64,000 nt of DNA, taken from Salinispira sp. (GTDB lineage: Bacteria; Spirochaetota; Spirochaetia; DSM-27196; Salinispiraceae). Under the pieces are notes generated by a model. That model was not told where the DNA came from. It searched no databases and saw only the letters and a list, made by a program, of their open reading frames with translations. The stretch lies in assembly GCA_965226555.1 (NCBI GenBank), contig CBDDDG010000018.1:1-64000 (forward strand), in the 5' to 3' direction. Below, one piece after another: positions 52,690 through 62,203 of this stretch. Made by a program: the position numbers and the translations under genes. Every line of letters begins with the position of its first letter. Positions within the stretch are counted from its first letter, which is position 1.

Positions 52690-53306
52690 AGAATACACAG
52701 AATTATATACGAATTCCGATAATATTATGTGTGATCCTCTTCCTGATCTCTCCCCCTCTCTCCGCCTACCGCCTCATATATCGGGAACAGCTTTATTCGC
52801 TGCATCATCGACAACTACACAACTACCCTCTTGATATCGCTGAAAACATACATTGGCTTGAACTGGCGCTTCGCTCCGATTTTGCCAATCCTCTCTATGC
52901 CCTCGCCCGTATCGATAACGAGCTTGAATGGGCAAAATATCGGGAACTATTCACACTTCATATACACCTTAAGCTGACTGAATTGTATCTTTTATGGGCA
53001 GGCAGATATTATAAATTTAATGTATATTTTTATAATTATCCATGGCAGAAGGAAAACTTAGAGAGCATGGAAACATCTGCATTACTTCTGAACCAGGCCC
53101 TGCTCTATTGGAATGAGGCATTGCAATATGCGGAACGGGCTGCTGAATATCCATGGATATACATTGAGGAACAACAATTCTGGGAAGATGAATTGTTCCG
53201 AATTCAAAACAATGAACTTAATTACAAGGAAATTATTGATAAGCATCTCGCAGGTCTCTATGAAGCCCGTTCTGCCTTCGAAAATATGGATGAGGGCACC
53301 TATTAA
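52650..53306 (+). CDS. Conserved-looking secreted hypothetical protein
   Basis: Signal peptide; true start probably GTG 52686. Confidence 0.65.
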   Translation: MGKAFKSSDSQRVKNTQNYIRIPIILCVILFLISPPLSAYRLIYREQLYSLHHRQLHNYPLDIAENIHWLELALRSDFANPLYALARIDNELEWAKYRELFTLHIHLKLTELYLLWAGRYYKFNVYFYNYPWQKENLESMETSALLLNQALLYWNEALQYAERAAEYPWIYIEEQQFWEDELFRIQNNELNYKEIIDKHLAGLYEARSAFENMDEGTY

Positions 53307-53370
53307 ATAGCGCCTGGCTGCAGGGGAAATTGATAGCGAAGCAGGATTTCGCAGATTTCTCAGGATTGGC

Positions 53371-53399
53371 TTGACAAAAGATAATGCAGAAACTATAGT
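53371..53399 (+). promoter_or_regulatory. sigma70 promoter of rny
   Basis: TTGACA-17-TATAGT, then SD GGAGGT. Confidence 0.7.
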
Positions 53400-53421
53400 A
53401 GAAACATATTGGAGGTAAGGT

Positions 53422-54951
53422 ATGGTTACCGTATTAGTTGCCGTCCTTCCTCTCGCGGGCATGATCATTGGTTGGGGGTTGCGTTGGATCTATGCAAGAT
53501 TTCAGCTCAATTCTTCTGAACAGAAAAGTGATCGGTTAAAACGTTATGCTGCAAAAGATGCTGAAACTCTGAAAAGAGAATTGGTAATAGAAACAAAAGA
53601 CCAGCTCCTTCGGGAACGTAATCAACAGGAAAAGGAAATACGTGACCGTCGGCAGGAACTCAGCAAAATTGAGAGAAAATTTCTTCAGAAAGAAGAAAAC
53701 CTGGAAAAAAAAGCGCTTGAAGTTGATCAGCACATAGCAACCTTTGTAGATCGTGAGAGGAAACTGGACACACGAGAGTCTGAACTCACCAAACAGGAAG
53801 AACATTGGTTCAATGCACTTGAGCGTGTAGCAAGTCTGAACCGTGACGAAGCAAAAAAACTCATAATGCAGTCGATTGAGGACAGTACTCGTCATGATGC
53901 TCAGGGGTTAATCAATAAAATTGAACAGGAATATCAGCACACTGCCGAACGCAAGGGCCGTGAAATGCTCATTTCCGTTATACAGCATATAGCAAGTGAG
54001 GTAACCGCAGAAGTAACAGTTGCTTCCGTGAATCTGCCGAATGATGAAATGAAGGGGCGAATTATTGGTCGTGAAGGCCGGAATATACGGGCTCTTGAGA
54101 CCCTCACTGGTGTCGATGTTATCGTTGATGATACGCCTGAGGCAGTTGTTATTTCCTGTTTTGATCCGGTGCGCAAGGAAATTGCCCGGAGAAGCCTTGA
54201 AAAACTCATAAGTGACGGAAGAATTCATCCGACGCGGATTGAGGAAGTTGTTCAGAAAGTAACCCATGAAATCAGCCAATACATCTTTGAAGAGGGAGAA
54301 AAGGTCCTCTTCGATCTTGGTATCCATCACATGAAACCGGAGGGTATACGGGGCATAGGCCGCTTGGTATTCAGAACAAGCTATGGTCAGAATGTGCTTA
54401 ATCACAGCAAAGAAGTCGCAATTTTTGCGGGTATGATAGCCGGCGAAGTCGGAGCCGACCGCGATATTGCCCGAAGAGCGGGACTGCTTCACGATGTTGG
54501 GAAGGGCATTGAATCCGATGGCGATACAAACCATGTTGAACTTGGGGTTGAACTTGCCAAGCGTATTGATGAAGATGAAAAAGTTATTAACGCTATTGCA
54601 GCGCATCATGGCGATGTTCCGCACAGTTGTATTGAATCGGTCATTGTGCAAATTGCAGATGTTCTGAGCGCTTCCAGACCGGGGGCACGCAGGGAAACTC
54701 TGGACAACTACATAAAGCGTCTTGAAAATCTTGAAAAAATTGCCGAGGATTTTGACGGCATCGACAAGGCCTATGCAATTCAGGCTGGCCGTGAACTCCG
54801 AATTATGGCTAATCATGAAAAGGTCAGCGATAATGATGCGAGAGAAATTGCCCGTGAAGTCGCCAGAAAAATAGAGGCTGAACTCCGATATCCCGGACGT
54901 ATAAAAGTAACCATGATACGTGAGACCAGGGTTGTCGAATATGCCCGATGA
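53422..54951 (+). CDS. rny: Ribonuclease Y
   Basis: KGRIIGREGRNIR (KH) and LLHDVGK (HD). Confidence 0.98.
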   Translation: MVTVLVAVLPLAGMIIGWGLRWIYARFQLNSSEQKSDRLKRYAAKDAETLKRELVIETKDQLLRERNQQEKEIRDRRQELSKIERKFLQKEENLEKKALEVDQHIATFVDRERKLDTRESELTKQEEHWFNALERVASLNRDEAKKLIMQSIEDSTRHDAQGLINKIEQEYQHTAERKGREMLISVIQHIASEVTAEVTVASVNLPNDEMKGRIIGREGRNIRALETLTGVDVIVDDTPEAVVISCFDPVRKEIARRSLEKLISDGRIHPTRIEEVVQKVTHEISQYIFEEGEKVLFDLGIHHMKPEGIRGIGRLVFRTSYGQNVLNHSKEVAIFAGMIAGEVGADRDIARRAGLLHDVGKGIESDGDTNHVELGVELAKRIDEDEKVINAIAAHHGDVPHSCIESVIVQIADVLSASRPGARRETLDNYIKRLENLEKIAEDFDGIDKAYAIQAGRELRIMANHEKVSDNDAREIAREVARKIEAELRYPGRIKVTMIRETRVVEYAR

Positions 54952-54970
54952 TTCCGATGCATAAACCCTT

Positions 54971-55768
54971 ATGACGCGTACAATTCTGGCTATTGGCGAT
55001 ATTATCGGGCAGCCCGGCGCGCGCGCTCTCTTTGCGCTTCTCGCAGGTCTGAAAAAACAATATCGGGCCGATATTACAATAGTGAACGGAGAAAATGCCT
55101 GTAATGGTTTCGGACTTACCCCCGAACTTGCCGACACAATATTTAATTCAGGCGCCGATGTCATAAGCACGGGAAATCATATCTGGGATCAGAAAGAAAT
55201 TTACCGCTATCTTGATGATCAGCCAAACATACTCAGACCGGCAAATTACCCTTCGGGAAATCCCGGTAAGGGAAGTTGTATTGTGAAAGCGGGTGAAATA
55301 CGATACGCAGTTATAAATCTTCAGGGGCGGGAGCGCATGGCGCACATTGACTGCCCCTTCAAAAAAGCGACCGAACTTCTGCGCAAACTCAGTTCCCAGG
55401 CAGATGTCTTCATTATCGATTTTCATGCCGATGATGCGCAGGAGAAAGAGGCTATGGCCTACTACCTCGATGGACAGGCAACCCTCTTTTTCGGTACCCA
55501 CACCCACATTCAAACAGCCGACCAACGCATCCTCCCCCAAGGCACCGCCTACATAAGCGATATTGGAGCCTCAGGACCGGAAAATAGTATTATCGGCTTT
55601 GACAGTGATATTGGCATACGGCGGAGTATTACCTACCTTCCATTGAAAAATGAAGTGAGTACCAGTCCAACAGTGATCTGCGGTATTGTTGTTACATTCG
55701 ATGATGAAAACCCTCTCCAGGCGCAGAGCATCAAAACCATCAGGGTACCCATGGATATGATAACGTGA
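54971..55768 (+). CDS. ymdB: YmdB-like metallophosphoesterase
   Basis: GDIIG, NGEN, GNH, DFHA and GTHTH. Confidence 0.95.
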   Translation: MTRTILAIGDIIGQPGARALFALLAGLKKQYRADITIVNGENACNGFGLTPELADTIFNSGADVISTGNHIWDQKEIYRYLDDQPNILRPANYPSGNPGKGSCIVKAGEIRYAVINLQGRERMAHIDCPFKKATELLRKLSSQADVFIIDFHADDAQEKEAMAYYLDGQATLFFGTHTHIQTADQRILPQGTAYISDIGASGPENSIIGFDSDIGIRRSITYLPLKNEVSTSPTVICGIVVTFDDENPLQAQSIKTIRVPMDMIT

Positions 55769-56586
55769 AAAATCGTTTCCCTGTCGCCGGCAAATCCGTA
55801 AAATCCAGAAAATCCGGCGCAGCGGGCACGCGGAGCCTTCTCGAAATAGTGAAAAAGCGTTTTCCCATGAGAACGGGCACGGAGCTGTATGCGCACATTC
55901 TCTATGGAGATGTTTTCGTTAATGGTCATCGGGAACGTAATCTCTCGGCTCGAATATCTCCCAATGCCGAAATTACCATAGCGCCGCCCGAAAAAAATTA
56001 TGTCAGCAGAGGCGGACATAAACTGGCATCGGTTCTCCACAGGGCTGAGAATGCGGGCTTCTGTTATCGCAACAGGGTTCTTCTCGATGCCGGAGCCTCA
56101 AGCGGCGGTTTTACCGATTGCCTTCTGCAGCACGGAGCTCAGACAGTTCACACTGTTGATGTCGGATATAATCAACTTGATTATCGGCTCCGCTGCGACT
56201 CCCGGGTTCAGGTTCATGAGCGATGTAATATAATGTCGATTTCGCGGGAGGATATGCAGCCCTGTCCTGAATGTGCTGTTGCTGATATCTCATTCCGCAC
56301 CCTGAGCGGTGTTGTTCCTCATATCCTCACAATTCTCTGCTCGGAAAATCCGCTCCTGCTCGCTCTTATAAAGCCTCAATTTGAACTGGAATACAGCGAT
56401 ATACCCGTAGCGGATTTTTCGGGGGTCTTAAGGGATAGCAGTATTATCGAAGGGGTTCTTGATGATCTCATAGGCCGACTTACCGAAGAGGGGGTACGGG
56501 TGCGCGGAATCTGGCCATCCGGCCTGCGGGGAAAAAAGGGAAACCAGGAATTTTTTGGTCTCTTCGGCGCGCAGAATACTCAGTGA
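55765..56586 (+). CDS. tlyA: TlyA rRNA methyltransferase
   Basis: YVSRGGHKL, DAGASSGGFTD and KPQFE. Confidence 0.95.
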   Translation: MKNRFPVAGKSVKSRKSGAAGTRSLLEIVKKRFPMRTGTELYAHILYGDVFVNGHRERNLSARISPNAEITIAPPEKNYVSRGGHKLASVLHRAENAGFCYRNRVLLDAGASSGGFTDCLLQHGAQTVHTVDVGYNQLDYRLRCDSRVQVHERCNIMSISREDMQPCPECAVADISFRTLSGVVPHILTILCSENPLLLALIKPQFELEYSDIPVADFSGVLRDSSIIEGVLDDLIGRLTEEGVRVRGIWPSGLRGKKGNQEFFGLFGAQNTQ

Positions 56587-56638
56587 AATTTTTGCTACTG
56601 GAAATTGTGCAAGCACAATTTTCCAATGCAAAATTTTC
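56585..56638. repeat. 54-bp palindrome overlapping the tlyA stop
   Basis: GAAATTTTTGCTACTGGAAATTGTGCAAGCACAATTTTCCAATGCAAAATTTTC. Confidence 0.9.
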
Positions 56639-56654
56639 AGCAGTGAAATCTCTA

Positions 56655-57488
56655 TCAGAGATCAGATGGGCGCAGCGGATGTCCGATAAAAAGGCCATCT
56701 CCACCGAGGAAGGAAATCAATTCTCCGTCAATAAGAATCTGCACAGCGCTCACCGAATCGAACTGTGTCGCAGTCGCTATGATCTGCTGAACCTGAAGGC
56801 GATATCCCTCAAGCCCGATAGGATTAAAGCTGAATTCCTCACTGAGGTCGATGTAGGCAATTTCTTCCTGAATCCATACCTTATTAATGTGCGTTTCAGG
56901 AGGTATAACATTGCGGTAGTTGCCGTATTCCCTCGGCTCGTTAATAAGATTTTTCAGAGTTTCGGTAAGCGGACTCGAAATAAAATGTACGCTTCGTTCT
57001 ACCGCTTCAAGAGAAATTATCCCATTATTGTCCATATGGACAAGATGAATAAGATAATCTCTTGCTCTGCTTTCGGGACTTTCAGAGATTTCGGACTCTC
57101 TCGCAGGCGCTTCATCATTTTTCTCTGCCGCAGATTCTGCCGCTTCTTCTGTTTCCTCTTTCGGAACTTCTTCGGATTCCCCGGATTCCCCGGAAATTTT
57201 CACTTCCTCGGAAATAGGGTTGCCATCTTCTTTCGGAACTTCTTCGGCAACAATAGGACCTACGGAGTCCGTTTCCAATTCAGGTATGAGCAGAGAATCC
57301 TTATCTGTTGATGTTTCATCCGCAACAGGATCAATTCCGATGCGCTGATGTATTACCTCAATGAAACCAGTATTCTTCATAACCTGTTCGATATTTCTTC
57401 TATTAAAAAGAAAAATAACCAACACAAGCAGAATGGCTGCTATCCAAAAGAGTATTCCAAGAGATATACTAGATTTTCTTTCATTCAT
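56655..57488 (-). CDS. GerMN domain protein
   Basis: TM, acidic linker, AYIDLSEEF and QIIATATQFDSVSAVQILIDG. Confidence 0.85.
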   Translation of the reverse strand: MNERKSSISLGILFWIAAILLVLVIFLFNRRNIEQVMKNTGFIEVIHQRIGIDPVADETSTDKDSLLIPELETDSVGPIVAEEVPKEDGNPISEEVKISGESGESEEVPKEETEEAAESAAEKNDEAPARESEISESPESRARDYLIHLVHMDNNGIISLEAVERSVHFISSPLTETLKNLINEPREYGNYRNVIPPETHINKVWIQEEIAYIDLSEEFSFNPIGLEGYRLQVQQIIATATQFDSVSAVQILIDGELISFLGGDGLFIGHPLRPSDL

Positions 57489-57539
57489 GGATACCTTATC
57501 TATCGGTGAAAAGCGATTTTTCTAAAAGGAAATTACACA

Positions 57540-58946
57540 TTGATAGACCTACAGCACATTCAATCTGATGAAATAGCAAAACTTGCAATAGTCGGCAGAC
57601 CCAATGTTGGTAAATCGACACTTTTTAACCGTCTGCTTGGACGAAGACGGGCAATAATCGCAGCTACTCCCGGAGTTACCCGCGATCCAATATCGCAAGC
57701 GGTAAACATTAATGGGGAACGCTGCATACTCATCGATACCGGCGGTCTCAGTGAATCGAGGGAATATCTCAATTCCCTCATTGTTGAAAAAAGTTTTTCA
57801 ATTATCAGGGATGCTGATATTGTTCTGCTCCTGCTTGATATTACCGGGATCACTCCTGAGGACGAGCAGCTCATTGAGCATCTCCGTCCCTTTTCGGATC
57901 ATATACTTGTCGCAGTTAACAAGGTCGATAATGAACAGCGTCTGCACCTTATGTCGGACTATTATGGACTGGGTTTCTCACAACTTTTTCCAATAAGCGC
58001 CGCGCATGGAATTGGATGTGAGGAACTGATCGATGTTCTTGCTGAGCGCATTCAATCCATCAATAAAACACACAACAAAAAACAGCCGCCCCCTCCCGAT
58101 CCTTCGTTCGAAGAAGAATGCGCCGACGAAAACAGCGCTGGGCAACAGGAAATGTCCATTACCATTCTCGGTCAACCAAATACCGGAAAAAGCACCCTTT
58201 CAAATTTTCTCAGCAAGGGAGAACACTCCATTGTTACTCCAACAGCAGGGACAACCCGAGATGTTCTTAAACAACATTGTGTATATAAGGGACATCATTT
58301 TTCTCTTCTGGATACAGCAGGAATACGAAGGAAGAATAAAGTTCATGATGATCTTGAATATTATTCAGTTAACCGAGCCATTGCGGCAATAGAAGAATCT
58401 CAAATTATCTTTTTGATGATTGATGCTGAAAAAAATCTGTCGGACCAGGATAAGAAAATTGCCTTTCAGGCGGTAAAACACGGGCGGGGGGTTATTATCG
58501 TGCTGAATAAATGGGACCTTATCGAGAACCTTCCCAACCGCCTGCAGGCAGTGTCGGATCGCATTCGTTTCATTTTTCCCATTCTCCATTTTGCCCCCAT
58601 TCTGCCTCTCTCGGCTAAAACCGGCGAGGGTATGAATCAGCTCATGACGACGGCAGACCGCCTGCTGCAGCAACTGCGCTGCCGTGCTGCGACTCCCATT
58701 TTGAATAAAAAGCTGAAGGACTGGATGCAGCAGACACCTCCCCCGAGCAATAAGGGAGTCCGTCCGAAGATCAAATACATTGTTCAGGCAGGTAACCTTC
58801 CCATGAAATTCATTCTCTTTGTTAACAGGAAAAAGAATTTCCCCGACAGTTATACCGGGTACATAAAAAACTGCATTCGTACAGAATTTACCATTACTGA
58901 AATACCCATTCGTATGGAATTGCGTGAATCGGGACGCAGCAGATGA
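57540..58946 (+). CDS. der: Ribosome biogenesis GTPase Der
   Basis: Two G domains, GRPNVGKS and GQPNTGKS. Confidence 0.97.
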   Translation: MIDLQHIQSDEIAKLAIVGRPNVGKSTLFNRLLGRRRAIIAATPGVTRDPISQAVNINGERCILIDTGGLSESREYLNSLIVEKSFSIIRDADIVLLLLDITGITPEDEQLIEHLRPFSDHILVAVNKVDNEQRLHLMSDYYGLGFSQLFPISAAHGIGCEELIDVLAERIQSINKTHNKKQPPPPDPSFEEECADENSAGQQEMSITILGQPNTGKSTLSNFLSKGEHSIVTPTAGTTRDVLKQHCVYKGHHFSLLDTAGIRRKNKVHDDLEYYSVNRAIAAIEESQIIFLMIDAEKNLSDQDKKIAFQAVKHGRGVIIVLNKWDLIENLPNRLQAVSDRIRFIFPILHFAPILPLSAKTGEGMNQLMTTADRLLQQLRCRAATPILNKKLKDWMQQTPPPSNKGVRPKIKYIVQAGNLPMKFILFVNRKKNFPDSYTGYIKNCIRTEFTITEIPIRMELRESGRSR

Positions 58947-59009
58947 TCAGAAATAATTATTCGGTATCTTTTGCCGAAAATAATTATAGTCGGCACCGGC
59001 AGGGGATGT

Positions 59010-60257
59010 ATGAAAGTACGAATTTTCATAGGTATATTTTTAGTACTCTCACACATGGTAGTTGCGCTTATTCCAGATAATTCTCAGGCGCGCCGTCAGC
59101 TTATTTCCTTGCTGCAGGCGCCGGTATCAGAAATATCTTCAGACAATGAACAGATAATCAGCAGTCCGCACCTTGAAAATTCAGTCAGCTTCGAAATTGA
59201 GAACCAAAACGGCAAGCTCTATCTGCTTTTTATAAATGAGCGCAATGGTAAGTATCCAATTGTCGGATCGGGCACTATGATTATTCGCAGAAATCTCGAC
59301 ACTGGCGCCATTGAACAGATAAAGATATATGCGGATGATATTGGCGCTCTGATCATACGTGTGAGACCATCAGGACGCCGCAGTCTTGTGCAGCTGAGTC
59401 TTTTTGATGACATTCTTTACGATAAAATTCCTGTTGAAGCGCGCATAGAGCAGATCATGACCATGAATGTGTCCGATATTATTGAACGCAGTAATGGACG
59501 TATTCCATGGGAACTATTTTTTCCGCCGGATGATCTTTCGGTATATGGGGGGATCAAAGATATTGTTCGGGAAATGCGGCAGATTATTCCATTCCTTCCC
59601 GATACGGAAGACGGAGCCATGGATGCCGCCGGAAATCTTGTTCGTATTGAAACTCTGGGAATCCATCGGCTGCCTGGGTTTAACTGTTCGGGCTTTGCAA
59701 AATACGTTGCCGATGGAGTGTATTCCCGCTTCGGGAAGGGTTTCATGGATATAGACAGTCTCAAAATGAAACACCTGAGCTTACGGGGGAACAAAACCTC
59801 AGAGGCCTATGAAGATACACGGGATCCGTATTTCGGTCTGGACTGGACACGTAACATTGCCGCAGAAATTTTACAAATGCAGACGGGGAGGCATGCGCAT
59901 CCGGAAGATTCAGACATTCGGCATTCCGATTTTTATCCATACCGGGAAGACATTGGTTATTCAGTACAGGATCTCATCCAGATTCTGTATCTTGAAAGTA
60001 TACGCAGACCCGGCATGTTCTATCTGGGAAGTATAAACGGTGAGTTCGGCGGCAATCCTCAACTCTGGCAGCATTATCATATTGTCGTGCTCTTCCCCTA
60101 CTTTGACAGCGCGGGAAATTTCCGCATCACGGTTATGGAACGTAATGTGGAAACATCCATTGCCTCTCTTGAGAAACGCTATCCGCGGCAGTTCATCCAT
60201 CTTGTCGGCATAGAGCCAGAGGAAAAATTCTCACCTCCCCGGCTTGCCGGAGAATGA
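59010..60257 (+). CDS. Secreted hypothetical protein, possibly NlpC/P60-like
   Basis: Signal peptide; GFNCSGFAK...HYH. Confidence 0.65.
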   Translation: MKVRIFIGIFLVLSHMVVALIPDNSQARRQLISLLQAPVSEISSDNEQIISSPHLENSVSFEIENQNGKLYLLFINERNGKYPIVGSGTMIIRRNLDTGAIEQIKIYADDIGALIIRVRPSGRRSLVQLSLFDDILYDKIPVEARIEQIMTMNVSDIIERSNGRIPWELFFPPDDLSVYGGIKDIVREMRQIIPFLPDTEDGAMDAAGNLVRIETLGIHRLPGFNCSGFAKYVADGVYSRFGKGFMDIDSLKMKHLSLRGNKTSEAYEDTRDPYFGLDWTRNIAAEILQMQTGRHAHPEDSDIRHSDFYPYREDIGYSVQDLIQILYLESIRRPGMFYLGSINGEFGGNPQLWQHYHIVVLFPYFDSAGNFRITVMERNVETSIASLEKRYPRQFIHLVGIEPEEKFSPPRLAGE

Positions 60258-60359
60258 TGTGAACCTTCACCGCATTGTCGGCTTGCCAGCTTGTCGATTG
60301 GTTCAGAAACGCCAATTCAGAAACAGGCAGGCACGGGGGCTGGTCGGCGCGGCGCATAA

Positions 60360-60872
60360 TTATCGCTGTGTGAAAAGTACCAGTATGGTAATCATAACCG
60401 GGAATATGAGAGCAAGTAACCAGAATATGTGCCGAATTGATTTCGTTATATCTTCCCGCAGTACCTGAATATTTTCCTTTGTTTCTTCCCGCAGTACCTG
60501 AATATTTTCCTTTGTTTCTTCCCGCAGCGCCTGAATATCGTGCTTTGTTTCTTCCCGCAAGGCCTGCATATCGTGTCGCAGTACCTGCGCATCGGTTTGC
60601 AGTTTTTCCGTATCTTTTTTTAGGAGCTGAATATCCTGCTTCATATCTTTTTTTAGGAGCTGAATATCCTGCTTCATATCTTTTTTTAGGAGCTGAATAT
60701 CGTTTTTTAGGAGCTGAATATCTTGCTTCATATCGTTTTTTAGGAGCTGAATATCTTGCTTCGTTACGAGTTCGTCGTTTTGCTGCGCAATGACCTTTGC
60801 CAGCACATCCGACTGCTGAAGAGAGAAACCATTTTTCTGCAATGTTTTTGATGCGAGTAGTGTGTCAATCAT
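60360..60872 (-). CDS. DUF1640/Bdr-like coiled-coil repeat membrane protein
   Basis: LQKNGFSLQQSD, LVTKQDI, 11-aa repeats (KQDIQLLKKDM, KENIQVLREET) and a C-terminal TM. Confidence 0.8.
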   Translation of the reverse strand: MIDTLLASKTLQKNGFSLQQSDVLAKVIAQQNDELVTKQDIQLLKNDMKQDIQLLKNDIQLLKKDMKQDIQLLKKDMKQDIQLLKKDTEKLQTDAQVLRHDMQALREETKHDIQALREETKENIQVLREETKENIQVLREDITKSIRHIFWLLALIFPVMITILVLFTQR

Positions 60873-60878
60873 GGTCAT

Positions 60879-60907
60879 AATATACGAAAATTACGGGGCA
60901 TTGTCAA
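60879..60907 (-). promoter_or_regulatory. sigma70 promoter, probably leaderless
   Basis: TTGACA-17-TATATT, then 6 nt to ATG 60872. Confidence 0.65.
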
Positions 60908-60927
60908 GAGTTTCGGGCATGGGTGGG

Positions 60928-60976
60928 TGGGAAATAAACCTTTGAGCTGCCCCCGCTTTGACCTATTATGCGTTCA
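60928..60976. mobile_element. Solo IS481-type end remnant
   Basis: Matches 16969-17017 (shared CTTTGACCTATTATGCG). Confidence 0.7.
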
Positions 60977-61015
60977 TGCTCAGAGCGGGAGATATGTCAA
61001 TTTACAGAAACGTTC

Positions 61016-61170
61016 TTATATGCTGATTCTGAGTTCATGTATCTTTTCAGGGGAAAGTTTTATCGCTGCAACCACCTCGGACTCTTTCATTCCAAGCCGG
61101 AGCATATTACAAGCTGCTTCCGCAAGTCTTCATCGCCTGTCTTACTGACTTTCCGCATAATATAGCACAG
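61016..61170 (-). pseudogene. Degenerate rpn1-type C-terminal cassette
   Basis: EAACNMLRLGMKESEVVAAIKLSPEKIHELRISI* versus rpn1 KTARNMIRLGIEESDVVAATELSPERVREL. Confidence 0.7.
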
Positions 61171-61310
61171 GGCTCCCCCTGTCAACACAACCCCGTCTGA
61201 CCCGACGGGTTACATATGAATGGTGAATGATAAAATGAGAAAGTTTTTGAAAAAGTTTCTATTATTTTGGGATATTACTGTTGGACCTGACCCCGGCGCG
61301 GGGATCGCTG

Positions 61311-61487
61311 CTACGCTTCACCGTTTTTCTGCAATGTTCGAATTTCATCCCCGCTGAGATTGGTGATATCATGAATAATGTCCATCGATATGCCCTTCCT
61401 GAGCATTTTGAGTACCTGCTCAAGTCCCTGCTCAAGTCCCTGCTCAACACCTGCCCGCCATGGGTCATCTAAAAGATCTACCAACAT
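61311..61487 (-). CDS. Stand-alone RpnS-like small protein (58 aa)
   Basis: SD GAGGAGGT, 7 nt, ATG; MLVDLLDDPWRAGVEQGLEQGLEQVLKMLRKGISMDIIHDITNLSGDEIRTLQKNGEA*; below the ORF-track cutoff. Confidence 0.75.
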   Translation of the reverse strand: MLVDLLDDPWRAGVEQGLEQGLEQVLKMLRKGISMDIIHDITNLSGDEIRTLQKNGEA

Positions 61488-61539
61488 ACGTTTTACCTCC
61501 TCAGGATGTTCCTGCCGGCTGCAGGCCGAGCAACGTCAA

Positions 61540-61920
61540 TTAATGCGATCCGTTCCGCAATGCCCGCATTTCCTCATCGCTCAGCCCGGTAATCCTCTGA
61601 ACAGCCTCTGTCGACAACCCTTCCAAAAACATACTGCGGGCGTTTTTTCTCCGCTCCTCAATATGCCCCTCCGCGCGACCTGCCTGTAGCCCCTTTTGAA
61701 GTCCTTCTTCACGACCTGTCTGCAGTCCTTCCTGTCGACCTGTTTGCAATCCTTCTTCACGACCTGTTCGCAGTCCTGTCTGCAGTCCTTCCTGCCGACC
61801 TGTCTGCAGTCCTTCTTCACGACCTGTTCGCAGTCCTTCCTGTCGTCCTGTCTGAAGTCCTTCCTGCCGACCCATTTCCGCAATGCGCGCTTTGAATGTT
61901 TCCGCATTCATTCTGAACAT
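61540..61920 (-). CDS. Intragenic RpnS of copy 3 (126 aa), still intact
   Basis: Internal SD AAGGAGGT (61928-61935), 7 nt, ATG; GRQEGLQT repeats plus HTH. Confidence 0.65.
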   Translation of the reverse strand: MFRMNAETFKARIAEMGRQEGLQTGRQEGLRTGREEGLQTGRQEGLQTGLRTGREEGLQTGRQEGLQTGREEGLQKGLQAGRAEGHIEERRKNARSMFLEGLSTEAVQRITGLSDEEMRALRNGSH

Positions 61921-62203
61921 TTTTGCTACCTCCTTACCTCTCGGTTCTTTTGTTCTTTCTAATCTGTTCATTAACGTATCTAAATCTATAACAATTCCGA
62001 ACATCGAATCTACCACGCCGACAAATTCCTCTATCAGCTCCAGCGATTCCTCATTCAGCATTTCTGCTATCGCTTTCTCCACCTTCTGAATGTCCCAATC
62101 CGTATTCAACAGATTTTTCGAGTACAGATCAAGGTACATAACAGCCGCAAACATTCTTCCCCGCTGCTGCAACTGCTCCGCAGAATAATCGTTCTCACTA
62201 ATA

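Noticed and set aside
53908..55170. 420-aa antisense ORF and other long shadow ORFs (56583-57311, 16095-16997, 62218-62952)
   Set aside because: Opposite-strand shadows of rny, GerMN and the transposases, with no recognisable motifs.
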